DNA from: Tubiluchus corallicola
Lineage: Eukaryota > Animalia > Priapulida
DNA: 7,227 bases
NCBI GenBank assembly: GCA_030141605.1
Contig: JAQGDQ010002235.1
Span: forward strand, 1 to 7,227
Reading direction: 5' to 3'
Shown: positions 6,691-7,227 of the stretch, piece after piece
How the letters are laid out: the number at the start of each line of letters is the position of its first letter
Numbering within the stretch: the first letter of the stretch is position 1
Position numbers and translations under genes: made by a program
The notes under the pieces: generated by a model
Told to the model about the DNA's origin: nothing
Seen by the model: the letters and a program-made list of their open reading frames with translations, nothing else
Databases searched by the model: none

Positions 6691-7227
6691 TATGTGTAAA
6701 ATAACTAGTGTTTTGCAGAAAGCTTCATAAGAGAAAGTAAGCTCACAGAATAAAAAAAGTTCAAATTCCAAGATCACATTCAAAATTCCTAGAACTGAAA
6801 CAATGACTTCACGATGAGTGTTGGTACAGAAGCTTCCTAACATCTAATCAAGGCAATATATTATATTACAAGTTTTGTTTAGGTCGTTTAGTATTTTATA
6901 AAATGTTGCTGATTATTAAAATGTATTCATACAGGTAGTAAGTAACTGTAATCGAAAACTTATAAATGATATGGTTCAATGTTCTCATTCTGAAATCAAA
7001 TAAAATGCTATAGTGGTGCAGGTAGTTTCTTCCCAAGGAGTGATCGATTTGACGCAAAGAGTTCTAGGGCAGTTTTTGAAAGTCTAATGTTATTATTATT
7101 ATTATCATCATCGTCATCTTTGAGATTTGTAATAGATAAAAAATTATTAAATTAATAACAGCATTTATTGTTACTATTAAAATGTAAGAATATATTTTGA
7201 TGATAAAGAGAAAAGAAAAGGCAATGT

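Overview
The window looks like non-coding, repeat-dominated eukaryotic DNA (probably invertebrate; this is inference from composition and repeat types only). It contains no credible protein-coding gene: the ORFs in the track are translations of simple repeats or short chance frames. The main structure is a head-to-tail pair of related elements. Copy 1 (424-2829) has the termini of a non-autonomous rolling-circle (Helitron-like) transposon: A|TC at the 5' end, then a 3' hairpin followed by CTAG|T. It also carries a degenerate internal 3' terminus (1211-1239) and a ~1.4 kb (GTGTG)n-type satellite with a ~480 bp higher-order period. Copy 2 starts 6 bp later (2836), matches copy 1 for ~1.1 kb, then switches abruptly into an 11/22-bp minisatellite (two arrays, 3907-4443 and 4692-5393). 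The AT-rich right flank holds two older degenerate repeat families (5410-5990 and 6095-6690), one of which has an inverted copy.
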